Origin: Octopus vulgaris
Lineage: Eukaryota
Assembly (NCBI GenBank): GCA_951406725.2
Contig: OX597825.1
Span: forward strand, 11,904,001 to 11,968,000
Direction: 5' to 3'
DNA: 64,000 nucleotides
Positions 1-11,564 of this stretch are shown here, in pieces; within the stretch, counting starts at the first letter, position 1; the number at the start of each line of letters is the position of its first letter. A program made the position numbers and the translations under genes. The notes under the pieces were generated by a model. The model was not told the origin of the DNA and ran no database searches. It was given only the letters and a program-made list of their open reading frames with translations.

Positions 1-50
1 AATGGAAAGAATTATATCCAGCCATTACACGAAAAATCAGCCATTACACG

Positions 51-99
<49 letters not shown>

Positions 100-256
100 T
101 CCCACAACTAAATTTATGCTAATTTAAAAGAAAAATCAAATATTTATTCTCCTCACGCACTCGCACACACACCCACTCTCACAAACACTTGCACACATCC
201 ACACGCACACATACCCTCATATATACAAAGACGTGTATATATATATATACACACAT

Positions 257-289
<33 letters not shown>

Positions 290-494
290 GATATATATAC
301 ATATGTATATGTATATATATATATATATATACATACAGATATAAAAACTCATGTATGTGTGTATTTGTATATATTCTTTCATTGTTCAACTTTTTCAGTC
401 ATTTGAATGCGGTCATGTTGGAGCATGTATACATATATATTTGTATTTATATACATGTGTGTGGTTGTGTGTGTATATATGTAATACTATACGA

Positions 495-720
495 ATGTCC
501 GCAGAAGTCGCCACTGCATAGTACCAATGGTACCATCGACTTCATCTCCCATAAAAACAAGGCATTGCAACAGCCTCGGTTTCAGAGGTCTCAGCTCTAG
601 AAAGCCCTGCCAAAACAACTGAGAAATCTGAAAGACATAATATAAAGTAAAAATAGAAGAGAGCTATGCTGCTTAGACCTTAAATATTGAAGCTGGACAT
701 ATATCAAGTCAGTCAGGAAT
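495..720 (+). mobile_element. Decayed CR1/L2-like LINE ORF2 3' fragment
   Basis: Broken translation CNSLGFRG..ALPKQLRNLKD..LKLDIY resembles the C-terminal tail of CR1-group RT ORFs. Confidence 0.45.
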
Positions 721-1020
721 CGGTGGAATTTACTATTTCTTCGAAGTATATTTATACATATGTATGTAACCACTGAAAGTCCCTGACCTGGAGTTCAATA
801 GAGACATAGGGATCTTAGATCTGAATAGGATCTGCGCTCTTCCAGCCAAACAAAGACTATATTTAATCTATTCATTCACAGAAGGTATGGATTTCTCGAT
901 TACTTTGCACTTAATCACATGCGGCGTTTCGTTATCTTTCAAAATTCATACGTAGCTAGGCTATTTAATAGCTTTACTTTTGTCCTTACGTCGGAAAGAG
1001 GCTACGTTATTGACGTACCA

Positions 1021-1132
1021 ATTTTTAAATTCGCCTTCACATAATGCAGTATAGGTTTTCTTATCTGTTGTATTATTATTAGGGTTGCAGTATAAATCCT
1101 AAATTGGATTATGTGAAGGTGAATCTAAAAAT
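1021..1132. repeat. Imperfect foldback (about 38-bp arms)
   Basis: atttttaaattcgccttcacataatgcag pairs with ttggattatgtgaaggtgaatctaaaaat. Confidence 0.7.
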
Positions 1133-1409
1133 CGTTTATCATTTTTCGTTTTCCGTTGTTTACTGTGTTTTCTCTATGCTACCTTCTCATTTTTTTTACC
1201 TGTTTCTTCTATTATTCAATTTCTTTAGTTCGTTATGATATGTGGTTTGCTCCAGAAGATTATGTTTGAATTTTCGCAACACATGAAACTATTTCTAGCG
1301 CTTTGTGACCTTTAAATAAATAATATTTATCTCTCACCAGATGGCGTGACTTTTTTGTTGAGATTTTTTATCACAGATCAGTACATTACACACACACACA
1401 CACACACGT

Positions 1410-2084
1410 GCGCGTATTTACTTGCAAAAATCTTTTTCAGGTTAGGTTTTACATCCTCTTTGGTGTTGACCTCCGGAATTTCAAGAAACAGAAGTAGGTG
1501 GAAATCTACCAGCGCCGGCTCGGAGGAATACAGAGAATGCTGCAAAAAGTCCCAGCCAAGCCCCATAACTTCGACTATGTCTTCTAAGAAGTGTGCAGTC
1601 TGGTATTGCCGTGATGGAAGACAATGCTCTTAGGATTAGCGAGTGGTAGACGCTTTTGATGGATCACAGCTGTTCTTAATACACATATGAATTAATGGCC
1701 CTGTCCGTGGGGTAACTCGTAGAAGAGAACACCATTCCAGCCTCACCAAATTGATACCATTGCCTTCTTCTGGTGAAATCCTGTTTTGAAGTTTGCTTGT
1801 GGTTTTTCACAGTGCATGCCACACGATCATTTGTTGCGCTGCACTAAGTTTGATGCTAAATATTGAGTTTGAAAAAAGCATAAGCTGTTGGTAATATTCG
1901 TTTTTTTTTTATGAACCCACGCCCAACTATACAAATTGCAAGTTCGTATCCAATTACGTAGTAGTGTCGAGTATCTAAAGAGCTCGCAGTCACAACGAAC
2001 AGCCAGAAGTTAGCTACTTATTAGAGTGCTTGAACTTTAGTGTAAAAAAATAATAAACAGTGTGAGCGTTTTGGCCGATCTAAT
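1410..2084 (-). mobile_element. Decayed mariner (DD34D) transposon: transposase pseudogene plus one TIR
   Basis: Minus strand gives GFHQKKAMVSIW*GWNGVLFYEL..LANPKSIVFHHGNTRLHTS..LGWDFLQHSLYSSEPALVDFHL, matching mariner HHDNARPH and HPPYSPDLAPSDYHL. The end reads TATTAGATCGGCCAAAA, a mariner-type TIR. Confidence 0.85.
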
Positions 2085-3392
2085 ATTTTGAATCAATTTT
2101 CGTACATCGCAACATCGCGGTTAGTTCCCCCGAACTGGGCATTGTGTGAAGTTCTTGAGCAAAGCATTTAATTTCACACCGCTCCATTCCAGTCCAGTCC
2201 AGTCTATCATTAGTAAATGAATAACAATGCAACGGACTGGCATCCCGTATAGGAAGATATTGTGTTCTCTGCCGTTAATATGTCATAGAAATCGTTTAAC
2301 TGGTCTTATGAATTTTATGGATCGAAACAATAAACGCCAGCCATTGATTATAACAATGCAGGATTTATCTCAATTCATTCTTAATACTTTTGAAAACAGA
2401 TAAGTTTAAAATATATAGAAGACAGTCAGTTGAATTATGAGTTGTTGAGAAATATGATTAACTGTGCATAGATGGGTTAAAATTTTGCTGCTTTCATGTT
2501 TTAATGAAATCTACTTTCTATAATATGTAAGTCCAATAAATTTTGATAAGACATAATCAAATTCGAAAATTAGTATCATCTATATTGTGCGGGATTTCCT
2601 TTCTTCACTTAATTGAATGAGACCAAATTGTAAGCAAATATATTTGATGAATATTTGATACAAGCATAATGCACCCATTAGGCTGTAAATATTAAATATG
2701 CAAACATATAAGAAAACTAAGAAGGGAAACTGTATAACCTTAACATTCAAATTTAATTGAACTAAGCAACGTAAAACGGTAACCAATCCGCGTCGAATTA
2801 TCTTGAGAGAAATATAGGTAATTATCGAAAATAATTAACAGTTGGTACTGCAGAATTTGGAATTTTCAGAAACTTTAAGCTAGATATTGTAAGCTGTGGG
2901 AACCGAGATGTAGATCTATGAAGGTGTTTAAGTATAAGCATTATATCAATAGCACCTTCTGGAAATAGAAGTAAACCTGGCACTTTCGTAAATATAAACA
3001 GATGTCAGCCATTTTGGACAATTAGTATTCTTGATGCATCTAGTTCATAAGACTGAATATTCTACAATGATGCGTATCTTTAAAGCAACTAGCAGGAAGT
3101 AAATCAGCGCCAAACATATGATGAAACAGGCCCTTCTAATTACAGACACGTTCCGAGTAAAGGCTTCCATAAATTCCCGGCTACCAAATTTTATTCATGA
3201 GTTGGGGGTTAACCGAAGGCTATAGTAAAGCCTTTTCTTTAATATGATACCAAGTGAGGTCATGAAAATGCACGATTGAGTGGTAAGAGCAAAAAAAACC
3301 GGGCACACACCTGCAGCCACGAGTGCTCACAAATATTTGAAGTAACAAAAAACAAGAGAAGACGATTAGGGATGTTTCATATATTTTTCCAA

Positions 3393-3444
<52 letters not shown>

Positions 3445-3539
3445 CGTGTGTGTGTGTGTGTGTGTGTGTGCGTGCGTGCGTGTGTGTTTTTATATATATA
3501 CACGCATATATACATATATATGTATATATATATATATAT

Positions 3540-3868
3540 GCGAGAGGAAGTCAAAAATTATCGTCACTTTCTCCAATAACTTCATTATTGTCACACTGTT
3601 CTGTGCGTGCTTATAGTTGGTACTATTGTGGTCTCGTGAACGGAGTTTGAACATGACCGTGTCATTTTTCTTTCTGCCTTTACAGTGTAAGCATAGACGA
3701 ACAAACAGCAGTGATCCGAGAGATGGTAATTTTGAACCGCTTCGCCATTACTATCTATCTAACTTGCTATATCTTCTCGTCAACTTTGGAGGTTGACAGG
3801 CACACTGCTCCCTCTGCATGCCTCACGCTTGTCCGGACACTTATAAACTTCTAAGTCCACCCATACAC
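3540..3868. mobile_element. Mariner 5' end with an internally inverted transposase fragment
   Basis: TIR-like cgagaggaagtcaaaaattatc follows (TA)n. Plus strand gives DEQTAVIR (cf. EQRAVIRF). Minus strand gives VYGWT*KFISVRTSVRHAEGAVCLSTSKVDEKI*QVR (cf. VYEW..KF..GRTSV.DE.RSGRPSTS). Confidence 0.7.
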
Positions 3869-3879
3869 ATTCCTACGTA

Positions 3880-4077
3880 TGTCCTCCATCGTCGCTTGAC
3901 AACCGATGCTGCTGTATTTATCTACCCGTAACTTAGTGGTTCGGCAAAAGAGACCGAGAGAATAAGTACTAGGCTTACAAAGAATAAGACCTGGGGTCGA
4001 TTTGCTCGACTAAAAAGGCCGCGCTCCAGCATGGCCGCAGTCAAATGACTAAAACAAATAAAAGAATAAAAAGAATA
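3880..4077 (+). mobile_element. 3' half of the microsatellite-core tRNA-SINE (family 1)
   Basis: cgcttgacaaccgatgctg...ccagcatggccgcagtcaaatgactaaaacaaataaaagaata, matching the fuller copies at 23321 and 62137. Confidence 0.85.
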
Positions 4078-4654
4078 GAATACACGCACACCCACACATA
4101 CACATATATATATATATATATATGAATATTATACGAAAACTACAAATAAAGTGGCAAATATACCCAATGCTGAAATGCTACCATTTTCATAATCCTGATC
4201 TGTGTCTGCGAAAAGAAAATGTGGAGCTATATCTTACGAACTGCGTGGATATAAAATACAAGCTAATTTTTGGATTGCCATTAACAAGTGGAATCGTATG
4301 GCAATTAATTTGTTCAGTCCGTTGGCTCTCTTTACTGTAAGCGATATCACAACTTGTGCAGCTAACATACATGCATGTTGATCACTAGAATACTAATTAC
4401 ATCTAAATTATAGAGTCGTGTTGCAGTTTGGCAAATAATAGTCAGAATCGTCATTCGGAAATGTGTTGCCTTTTCAACTACTGATCGTTAGTTAGAAATG
4501 CAGTTTGACAAAATGAATTGTACAGTAATAAAGGAAGACCTATTGAACATTAAAAATAAACACGCGAATATACATATACACTATATACATATATAATCGC
4601 ACGCACACAGACACACATACACACATGTCTATATATATGTATATGTGTGTCGCG

Positions 4655-4843
4655 ATGATAGATCGGTAGCCACTACACACATCGTTTTCGTTCCCTGTTT
4701 CTTTCTTTGTTCCTTTCTGTGCAGGTAGGTTCGAGCGTAGGTTCGAAACGTTAAAAACTTTTTCAATTCCCGAGCGTTATACAACTACATCTCTTTGTTT
4801 TCTACAGCACCTGTCTTCATATTCTGTTTCTTTCGTGAATTCT

Positions 4844-4846
<3 letters not shown>
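4655..4846 (+). mobile_element. Penelope-like terminal-repeat relic with degenerate hammerhead-like 3' half
   Basis: gagcgtaggttcgaaacgttaaaaac...cccgagcgtt has the same layout as 53560-53745; it ends in (TA)n. Confidence 0.45.
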
Positions 4847-4918
<72 letters not shown>

Positions 4919-5032
4919 CCTGATCACCGTGACCGACCAGACTATCAGATGTTGCTACAGATCGCTGGTCACAATGCGCTTCGCATTGTTTTAGCCTTCA
5001 AATAACGCCACCCCGTTGGCTAAGCGAGCAGG

Positions 5033-5077
<45 letters not shown>

Positions 5078-5975
5078 TTATTTTTTTATATAGTAAAATA
5101 GTTGTTGGTGAAAGTATAACATTTTAAAAATTCTAAGTATATATTTCTTCATAATGATTGTTGAACGAGAGAATATGATTGAGAAATTAAGGGTAAATGT
5201 TTAAAATTCAAGTTAATGCGTGTAAGTCCAAGGCATAGAGTTTAATTATTAGGGCTTTGGTCTGAATATACATAAGGACGCGTGTCCCATTTTCGATTCA
5301 GATTGCGCATTCTGACCTTTTTCTGGTTGCTGAAGCTCACTGAACTGAAAATCTGCACCAGTTATAGATGCTGTTAACTTCACGAAGGGATCATGTGCAA
5401 TAAACAGAGGAGCCTTTGAAGGTAGGAATAGCGACCATCCAATGTTTTACTCTCATTATACAAAGCTTGTCATATTGGCCTGTGACGTCATTACACTCAA
5501 TCGGTCCATTAATATCCCCTCACGCAAACACACAATCACCTCAAACACACGTGTACTCGGGGCTTAATATCTTTGGCAATTCAAGGACCAGTATTTATTA
5601 TCAATACAAGAAGCTCAACAGGTTTCATATGACACATTGTTAGCCAAACAATGATAGAAACATGCTTAGTCACATTCAATGTTCCACAGCAATGAAATGA
5701 ATAATATACTTCTAATATCTCTTCCTCTTCAACAAATGCTGTTTTCCGATCTCTGATGGTTTTTAAATACTCATGACAATAATGATGTGACCAAATGTAT
5801 CACGATATTTTGATAAAAACGTTTACTATAGTGAAATGGCGCCCGTAGTAATTTTACTCTTCATAAATTCTTGTAGACTTAATAAGATTCCATGTCAGAT
5901 ATTGTGGTAGTTGTAGAGTCAAGGTCAATTATAGCCGTTCCTGAAATTATAAGTTATTAATATTAGTATTAATTC

Positions 5976-6097
5976 TCTTACAGTCATAACATGTCGAATA
6001 CATCGATTCTCGTCTAATCACCGAAGTTAAGCAACACAGAGCGTAGTTAGTACTTAGATGGGTGACCGCTTGAGAAACCTAGGTGTTGTATGCATTT
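5976..6097 (+). pseudogene. 5S rRNA pseudogene (full length, diverged)
   Basis: tcttacagtcataac...ttctcgtctaatcaccgaagttaagcaac...gttagtacttagatgggtgaccgcttgagaaacctaggtgttgtatgcattt aligns end to end with metazoan 5S rRNA, including internal boxes A and C, with many substitutions. Confidence 0.9.
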
Positions 6098-6101
6098 CAG
6101 T

Positions 6102-7502
6102 TTTAAAAATTCGCCGAGGTAGACTTTGCCTTTCATTCTTTTGGGTCGATAAAATAAGTGCCAATTGAACACGGAGGTTGATTTAATCGAATTAGTCCCC
6201 TCCCCTAAAAATTGCTGGCCTTTTGCCAAAATTTTTTACTCTTTACTTGTTTCAATCATTTGACTGTGGCCATGCTGGAGCACCGCTTTTAGTCGAGCAA
6301 ATCGACCCCTTGACTTATTCTTTGTAAGTCTAGTACCTACTCTATCGGTCTCGTTTGCCGAACCGCTGAGTTTCGGTGGACTTAAACACACCACCATCGG
6401 TTATCAAGCGATGTCGGGGGTACAAACACAAACACACACACATACATATACATATAGATATACATATACACGATGGGCTTCTTTCAGTTTCCGTCTACCA
6501 AATCCACTCACAAGGCCCGAGGCTGCAGTAGAAGACAGTTGTCCATGGTGCCACACAGTGGGACCGAACCCGCCAATATTTATATTAATAGCCTGAAATG
6601 CAGAATTGTTAATCGTTGAACAAAATGACACGATTTAACTTTTCTACTCTCATATGTCCGTTCAAATTATGTCTAGGTAAACGATGCCTTCCATCCTTCT
6701 GGGTTCGATAAAACAGCGCTTGCGCCTGATACTGGGGTCAAAGTAATCGCTTTATAAATACTGTTAGTCTTTCTCTAAATTAGAAACCTTCAGTTATTAT
6801 CATGAACACTGTCAAAGAACCGACTTTTAGGTTCCACGATACACCCATATCAGGTGTTTAGCAGGAAATAAACATTACGTATGTGCATAAATTTCATTTC
6901 CCTACTAGTAAGTTTTACTTGGCAAAAGCATCTTTTGCACACTAATTATATGAAAAATTCCGAAAAATGTCGCCTATTTCACGAAGCAGAATTAAATAAG
7001 TAAAACATTTAAATTTAGATTTGAGAGTAAATTTCGTTTCCCCTGCAAATGTCATTTGTTCTTTTTTCTCAATTTCAACCATAATTTATCACAAATACAG
7101 TTCAATACGCAAATATTTTGCTTTATGAGATGCATCTTTTATAGACCAGGAATTCTAAATATTTTAAAGAATAATGTATAATTGTATGTCAGCTGACACC
7201 TTATCTTAACTTTCTAAGCTGAAATCAAGACAATTCTGCTGTATGTAACATATTTTATAACTTATTATGCATTATTTATATATCATTCCAATTTCTGAAA
7301 ACTAAAGACAAAACAAAAGTCTCTTACATTACACGATTCCACACTTATTTTACCTTTTGTCTAAAGATTAATTTCTCTGGGAAATTTGCAAATAACTTTA
7401 ATGTACTTCTATACATTGCAAATGAAGTAATCAAAACTAGAATTATGCAGATAGAGACACAGATTAGCATAAATCTAGAAAGAAAATGAAATCTGCGTGG
7501 AA
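6102..7502 (+). repeat. Segment A (1.4 kb), left arm of an inverted duplication; contains a Nin-SINE piece and a family-1 SINE (6236-6571, minus)
   Basis: Reverse complement matches 8770-10176 with roughly 15 differences by eye. Confidence 0.95.
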
Positions 7503-7976
7503 CTAAAAGGAAAAGAAATAGCTTATTCTCTATTTACATAATTAATATACTTTTATACCAATTCCAAAAAAAAAAAAAAAACTCTATAGAACAATTGTAA
7601 AAGAACGGATATGTAAAACTATACAAACTACTAATTAATTATATATGCGAAATTTTAATTTCTTTTATTAGCAGAATTAATATTTTCTTGAGCTGCAAAA
7701 TATTCAATCATTCTGTAAAATAAATTGCAAGTACAAAATTTCAATTATCGCATGAATTTATTAAACTTTGCCGATACATCATTTTCCCTTTCTTATATGT
7801 CTCATTATCTGCAGTAGCACTACTTAGTTCCATCTGTAAAGACTTTGAAATACTTATTGTTAAACTACATGTTTGAATATCTGAACCTATGTCGACAAAT
7901 ATACTATTTCTCTACAAAAGAAAAATTGATGACCGTTAGTAAGGAGAGGCACACAAATAAGGAAGAAGAAAGGAAA

Positions 7977-8021
7977 GGACCACTGATGAGGTCACAGAAG
8001 TGTGCCGAAAGAACTCCGGCT
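7977..8021 (+). ncRNA. Minimal type-I hammerhead ribozyme-like motif, copy 1
   Basis: GGACCA-CUGAUGA-GGUCACA-GAAG-UGUGCC-GAAA-GAACUC-CGGCU; core boxes at 7983-7989 and 8007-8010. Confidence 0.5.
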
Positions 8022-8329
8022 GAAATAAGATTAAGATTAATGTAAAAAATAAATAAAGCGGAAGCTAATTATTACCAAATATATAGTGCGTGTGTTATTG
8101 GCTAAACTGGCAAAATGACCATTCCTAAATACAACAACATCTGTTTCAACACACGATTTCACATCAAGAATCTTACAAAACAAATATATAAACGTATGAA
8201 ATATATTCGTTATCAAGCTGTTGCAGACCCTGGAACTAGCTTGATGTAGAAACTTGAAAGAAATAAACGATTGCGTAAGTAATGGTTTGTTTAGGCAGCG
8301 TATATCAACTCAATTACTAATACGAAATT

Positions 8330-8549
8330 CCAAATGAGTACCGCTTTTCCAGGTAGTTTCAGTTTTAAAATTAAAGAAGGTATTTTCTTGTGTCCATCTC
8401 ATTTCTATGACATATCGGTCTGCAACATGCAATGATCCTAAGAACAAAAAAAATAGCTACAAAAATTCAGTTAATTACTACTACTAATTAATAACTACTG
8501 ACTTTATAATCATTCAACGTGTGTATATAGATTTGTGGGACACCCTGTA
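8330..8549 (-). mobile_element. Tc1/mariner-type transposon end (duplicated at about 10570-10792)
   Basis: Minus strand begins TACAGGGTGTCCCACAAAT, a typical Tc1/mariner TIR start with TA. Inner boundary uncertain. Confidence 0.5.
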
Positions 8550-8769
8550 CATACATACACACATACATACACATGCATATATATGTATATATATATATGT
8601 ATATATATAAATCAATAAATGGTGGGGTTGTGTTGACCGCACGTGGAGAAATGATAGGCAAGGAAAAATTATAGAAAGGCAGAATGCTAAATTGAAGGTA
8701 AATTTTAATGAAAATGGGTGTATGGAAAATTTTGAAAAATTAACAAAATATATAATTAATATATACATA

Positions 8770-10176
8770 TTCCATGCAGATTTCATTTTCTTTCTAGATT
8801 TATGCTAATCTGTGTCTCTATCTGCATAATTCTAGTTTTGATTACTTCATTTGCAATGTATAGAAGTACATTAAAGTTATTTGCAAATTTCCCAGAGAAA
8901 TTAATCTTTAGACAAAAGGTAAAATAAGTGTGGAATCGTGTAATGTAAGAGACTTTTGTTTTGTCTTTTGTTTTCAGAAATTGGAATGATATATAAATAA
9001 TGCATAATAAGTTTTAAAATATGTTATATACAGCAGAATTGTCTTGATTTCAGCTTAGAAAGTTAAGATAAGGTGTCACCTGACATACAATTATGCATTA
9101 TTCTTTAAAATATTTAGAATTCCTGGTCTATAAAAGATGCATCTCATAAAGCAAAATATTTGCGTATTGAACTGTATTTGTGATAAATTATGGTTAAAAT
9201 TGAGAAAAAAGAACAAATGACATTTGCAGGGGAAACGAAATTTACTCTCAAATCTAATTTTAAATGTTTTACTTATTTAATTCTGCTTCGTGAAATAGGC
9301 GACATTTTTCGGAATTTTTCATATAATTAGTGTGCAAAAGATGCTTTTGCCAAGTAAAACTTGCTAGTAGGGAAATGAAATTTATGCACATACGTAATGT
9401 TTATTTCCTGCTAAACACCTGATATGAGTGTATCGTGGAACCTAAAATTCGGTTCTTTGACAGTGTTCATGATAATAACTGAAGGTTTCTAATTTAGAGA
9501 AAGACTAACAGTATTTATAAAGCGATTACTTTGACCCCAGTATCAGGCGCAAGCGCTGTTTTATCGAACCCAGAAGGATGGAAGGCATCGTTTACCTAGA
9601 CATAATTTGAACGGACATATGAGAGTAGAAAAGTTAAATCGAGTCATTTTGTTCAACGATTAACAATTCTGCATTTCAGGCTATTAATATAAATATTGGC
9701 GGGTTCGGTCCCACTGTGTGGCACCATGGACAACTGTCTTCTACTGCAGCCTCGGGCCTTGTGAGTGGATTTGGTAGACGGAAACTGAAAGAAGCCCATC
9801 GTGTATATGTATATCTATATGTATATGTATATGTATGTGTGTGTGTTTGTGTTTGTACCCCCGACATCGCTTGATAACCGATGGTGGTGTGTTTAAGTCC
9901 ACCGAAACTCAGCGGTTCGGCAAACGAAACCGATAGAGTAAGTACTAGACTTACAAAGAATAAGTCAAGGGGTCGATTTGCTCGACTAAAAGCGGTGCTC
10001 CAGCATGGCCACAGTCAAATGATTGAAACAAGTAAAGAGTAAAAAATTTTGGCAAAAGGCCAGCAATTTTTAGGGGAGGGGACTAATTCGATTAAATCAA
10101 CCTCCGTGTTCAATTGGCACTTATTTTATCGACCCAAAAGAATGAAAGGCAAAGTCTACCTCGGCGAATTTTTAAA
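8770..10176 (-). repeat. Segment A inverted copy
   Basis: ttccatgcagatttcatt...cctcggcgaatttttaaa is the reverse complement of 6102-7502. Confidence 0.95.
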
Positions 10177-11093
10177 GTTAGTAAGGAGAGGCACACAAGT
10201 AAGGAAGAAGAAAGCAGAGGACCACTGATGAGGTCACAAGAGTGTGACGAAAGAACTCTGGCCGAAATAAGATTAAGATTAATGTAAAAAATAAATAAAG
10301 CGGAAGCTAATTATTACCAAATATATAGTGCGTGTGTTATTGGCTAAACTGGCAAAATGACCATTCCTAAATACAACAACATCTGTTTCAACACACGATT
10401 TCACATCAAGAATCTTACAAAACAAATATATAAACGTATGAAATATATTCGTTATCAAGCTGTTGCAGACCCTGGAACTAGCTTGATGTAGAAACTTGAA
10501 AGAAATAAACGATTGCGTAAGTAATGGTTTGTTTAGGCAGCGTATATCAACTCAATTACTAATACGAAATTCCAAATGAGTACCGCTTTTCCAGGTAGTT
10601 TCAGTTTTAAAATTAAAGAAGGTATTTTCTTGTGTCCATCTCATTTCTATGACATATCGGTCTGCAACATGCAATGATCCTAAGAACAAAAAAAAATAGC
10701 TACAAAAATTCAGTTAATTACTACTACTAATTAATAACTACTGACTTTATAATCATTCAACGTGTGTATATAGATTTGTGGGACACCCTGTACATACATA
10801 CACACATACATACACATGCATATATATGTATATATATATATATATATGTATATATATAAATCAATAAATGGTGGGGTTGTGGAGAAATGATAGGCAAGGA
10901 AAAATTATAGAAAGGCAGAATGCTAAATTGAAGGTAAATTTTAATGAAAATGGGTATGGAAATTTTGAAAAATTAACAAAATATATAATTAATATATACA
11001 TATTTTGTTAATTTTTCAAAATTTTCCATACACCCATTTTCATTAAAATTTACCTTCAATTTAGCATTCTGCCATTTTATAATTTTTCCTTGC

Positions 11094-11096
<3 letters not shown>
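10177..11096 (+). repeat. Segment B copy 2, continuing into a complete hairpin of about 200 bp (10893-11096)
   Basis: Direct match to 7935-8771; then tattttgttaatttttcaaa...ttccttgcc is the reverse complement of 10893-10983. Confidence 0.95.
10219..10263 (+). ncRNA. Minimal type-I hammerhead ribozyme-like motif, copy 2
   Basis: GGACCA-CUGAUGA-G-GUCACA-AGAG-UGUGAC-GAAA-GAACUC-UGGCC. Stem II is a perfect 6 bp, stem I is CCA/UGG, and the putative CUC cleavage is after 10258. Confidence 0.55.
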
Positions 11097-11127
<31 letters not shown>

Positions 11128-11207
11128 ATAATAACAAAGGGTAAAATTAATTAAGTAACTAGTAACCAATAATTTCACCAAGTAGAATTCGACTTGAAAA
11201 GGGACCC

Positions 11208-11504
11208 TTTCTCGGTAAACTTAAGTAATATTTTATAATTAGGGTTCAACAAAGATTTGCTTTACCACATACCGAAGTTTAGAAATAGCAGCCAAAAAAA
11301 CCTTAGCTATTTCCTCTACTTTAAAAAAGAGACTCCCAGAGAAAAACAAAGTACTCGAAAACCATCTTTGTTTTTGTCCGGGAGTCTCTTTTTAAAGTAA
11401 AGGAAATAGCTAAGGTTCTTTGGCGGCTATTTCTAGACTTCGGTATGTAGTAAAGCAAATCTTTGCTGAATCCTAATTTTAAAATATTACTTAAGTTTAC
11501 CGAG

Positions 11505-11507
<3 letters not shown>
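11208..11507. repeat. Long foldback element (about 143-bp arms, 14-nt loop) abutting (TA)n
   Basis: tttctcggtaaacttaagtaata...aaaaacaaag, loop tactcgaaaaccat, then ctttgttttt...tattacttaagtttaccgagaaa. Confidence 0.9.

Positions 11508-11564
<57 letters not shown>

Larger units (their letters stand above)
7935..8771 (+). repeat. Segment B copy 1 (direct duplication)
   Basis: gttagtaaggagaggcacac...atatacatatt is repeated at 10177-11003. Confidence 0.95.
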
